Part shown: in pieces, positions 61,302 through 64,000 of the stretch
How positions within the stretch are numbered: the first letter of the stretch is position 1
Layout of the letters: each line of letters begins with the position of its first letter
Source of the DNA: Balanoglossus misakiensis
Lineage: Eukaryota; Animalia; Hemichordata
NCBI GenBank assembly: GCA_040954595.2
Contig: CM082580.2
Span: forward strand, 10,890,390-10,954,389
Length of the DNA stretch: 64,000 bases
Direction of reading: 5' to 3'
Made by a program: the position numbers and the translations under genes
The notes under the pieces: generated by a model
The model's input: only the letters and a program-made list of their open reading frames with translations
What the model was told of the DNA's origin: nothing
Databases searched by the model: none

Positions 61302-64000
61302 ATGAGCCTTCCCCCTTTGAAGCTAAAACCGGAAGTCGAAGGGTATGTGAGAGAGTCGTACTGCAACCAGCAGGTCAGTCGTTTTTACCCTTTTAGCCCT
61401 ATCTAGTGAAGTCTTATACTTTCAGGAAAAAGTAAAATAATCAAAAAAGGGACTTTTCATAATTTCCCCTCACTTTCAGATGATTGAGAAGTACGGAAGT
61501 GAGGAAGCTGACAGAAGATTTGCTAGTTTGCTGTCCAGGCTAAGTACCCCACCATGCAATACCGTGATCAGAGCCAACACACTGCACTTCACCAGAGAAG
61601 GTGTTCAAAAGAGACTACAAGACATTCTAGTGCAGGTAAAGTGAGTTTCTCACTCATAAATAACATCTTCAGTTGAAGTTTGAATGGCTCACTCTGGCTT
61701 TGGATGGCGCCCTCACAAGTTTCAATGCAGGTGTTCTACTGTTTTTAGTATATCTGTCAAAACTATTGCAGAATACCTGCCACCAATGGAACTTGTAGTG
61801 GTCTAGTAGTCACATTGGTCATCAGACAGTTTGGTTCAGTCATTGATAAACAGCATTTCTGAGAGTATTGTTTTCTCCCATGATGTAACGCCAATAAGCA
61901 AATTTACATCACACTTTTCTTGTTCACGTGTCACCTTTGTTTTCATTCTTTCACCATTGCAGCAATATGAAGAGAAGTGTTGTCCATGCCCGATAGTGGA
62001 GCCTCACCCAGTTCTTCCAGATGTCCTGGTGATTCAGAGCAGCGGTTACAACAGTGAAATCCAACCGTGTAAAAAAGAAGTAATCGTTGATTTGTTTTGT
62101 GGCGGCGCTGTTCTGAGAGGTGCTGATGTCTACGTTCCTGGAATCATGGCAGCCCATCCAGGTAGAGTTTGCCTACAAGTGACTGCAGTGCTTTAACTTC
62201 AATTCTTTTCCCTATTCGAACCGTTTTGATTCACGAGGATGAGATATTGAAGTAAATACCAGTAAAAGTTCAGAACTGCATCTGTCATCAGTTAAGCCCA
62301 TGGGCCAGTAAGTCATCTTGCTGTTGAAGTGAACAGGGTAACCTATGAGTAAGTGTGAGTGCATGCATTATTGTCAACTCTGACATTTCAGATCAATTTC
62401 GTTTCAGGGATTTTATAATGAATCGAACATGTGTGACTTATTGCTCTTTCACTTAATGTATCTGACATTTTGGCTAAAAGTGAAAAAGAGTTTAGTTGTG
62501 AAAAAGGTAGTGATTGCCTTAAAGAAAAAGAATTTTTTTATGGCCATAGATCATAGATCCTAATGGTCAGTATTGTTATGGTTTGTTTCTTGGGCAGGTA
62601 CGCAGTCGGGTGACAAGGTGTCTGTGTTTGCAGATATTGAAGGCAACTGCAGGAAAGGATTTATGAAGCAGTATGATGGGCATAAACTGCTGTTAGGCAA
62701 TGGCATGGCGCAAGTCAGCCGTGCCGATATTTTTACTAAAAGTGACATCGTCAGGTAAAAACGGTGGTTTAGTATTACTATTCTATTGGTTGGTTTATAC
62801 TCATGTGATGATTGGTTGATTTGTGGCTTGATTGATTGATTGATCATTTGATATGATTTCTCGATTGATTCATTGATTGCTTGAGTTATGGTAGGTTAGA
62901 TTTTCCATGCTTGAATTATTTATTATTGATTATTGGTTATTGATTGAGTGAATGAGTGAGTGACAGTTTCAATCGATTATGTGTGTCCATTTAGATAGCG
63001 TTGAATCCTGCCGTGCTTGAAGGTAGCTTTCGTATTATATCTGTACCACTGAGGGCACACTGTATGATTGACGCGATGATACCATTCCAATGCAAACACT
63101 GCATCACTGTCAACCTGACTGACCTGAATAGATTTTAATCACTCAAGTGCTTTCTGTTGCTAAATATAGCACGACTGTATTGCTAAAAATAGCCGCCCGT
63201 CATTAATTTTCTAATTAGAATTGCGAGTCAGGCTCGGTGTCTAGTTTTATTTCACTGCTCATAAAAATCCACCTGCGTATCATGTTTTTCCTGTTTGTGC
63301 TAAAAATAGACACTCTTTGAGTGACAGGAACGGAAAGGCTTCCTTGATCTGTTGTTCATTTCATTGATTGAAACACGAGTGTCGTCGTCCGTGTGGCAAA
63401 GCAAACTGCCAGTTTTATCTCTATGACGTCAGCCGGAGCAAATATTGTGTAAAAAAAAATTCTATTTTAGGAATTGCCATCAGCGTTGTTTTGAGTCCCA
63501 TCTTCTGCGTGATGTTTTAAAGTCTGTGATTTCCTTGGTAACAAGACAAATTTGAGGCAGTGAACATTTTCAGAGAAAAGTTTTCTTGCGCTGCCTTATA
63601 CTAAAAACTGGCACTTGCCAAGCTTTGCTGTAAACTTCTTTTTTTCACTGATTTTTGTGTGTGAACTTATTGTCACCTTGATATAGTATGTCAAAAAAAC
63701 GTGGAATCAGATTAAACCACAGTGGTGAAATGGTTAATGTGGAAAGTTTAGAGGATTGGGCTGGGATATAGACACTGTTTTCATATTTTCACTGTATTAA
63801 AAACTGGAACAATTGTTTCTACCCTAACTGATCTCAAACTTATTATGCATCTGTTTGTTTCTTCTTGCAGTGGTGTAGGTGTGAAAATGACTGAAACTAT
63901 TTACGATGCTCCGTCGCTCAACGCAGTTTTGCCGGATTGTATTTTCTTACAAAATCTTCCTTCCATTGTTGTTGGCCATGTGCTGGATCCGGCAGCTGGG
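61302..64000 (+). CDS. NSUN6: NSUN6 tRNA C72 m5C methyltransferase (PUA domain; 3'-partial); exons 61302-61373, 61480-61635, 61963-62161, 62598-62754, 63871-64000
   Basis: MSLPPLKLKPEVEGYV..EADRRFASLLSRLSTPP..TVIRANT..HPVLPDVLVI..CGGAVLRGADVYVPGI..GDKVSVFADIEGNCRKG..LGNGMA..GVKMTETIY..FLQNLPSIVVGHVLDP; in-phase GT-AG exons. Confidence 0.95.
62800..62965. repeat. Degenerate (ATTG)n/(GAGT)n simple repeat in an NSUN6 intron
   Basis: Directly visible. Confidence 0.7.
63017..63828. mobile_element. Possible degenerate Kolobok-like MITE in NSUN6 intron 4, containing a fragment of the ~90-bp MITE (63701-63737)
   Basis: Ends TGAA-GGTAG ... CTACC-CTAA (imperfect TTAA flanks); AAACCACAGTGGTGAAATGGTTAA matches the reverse complement of the 43329 copy. 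Confidence 0.3.

Overview
Eukaryotic (intron-rich, AT-rich, metazoan; most like an invertebrate deuterostome, species not determinable here) window with four protein-coding genes. (1) The 3' part of a + strand type-I membrane protein: a >1270-aa Thr-rich mucin-like stalk fused to a FAM171/UPF0560-like domain, TM helix and short tail (1-5811). (2) A boule (BOLL/DAZ family) RRM gene on the - strand (CDS exons 10472-14262, start exon uncertain). (3) A ~34 kb DNHD1-like divergent axonemal dynein heavy chain on the - strand (25943-60278). (4) The 5' part of NSUN6 on the + strand (61302-64000), head-to-head with the dynein across an RFX/YY1-motif promoter. The most striking structure is a 5.75 kb, four-level nested ('Russian doll') stack of DINE-1/HINE-like non-autonomous Helentron elements (20152-25904). 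Its four hairpin heads and four tails pair in last-in-first-out order, and it starts ~40 nt after the dynein stop codon, just upstream of boule. TTAA-flanked MITEs (piggyBac-like and Kolobok-like) occur in introns. No prokaryotic features, CRISPR arrays, rRNA or tRNA were recognised. All family assignments come from motif recognition by eye, not from database searches.
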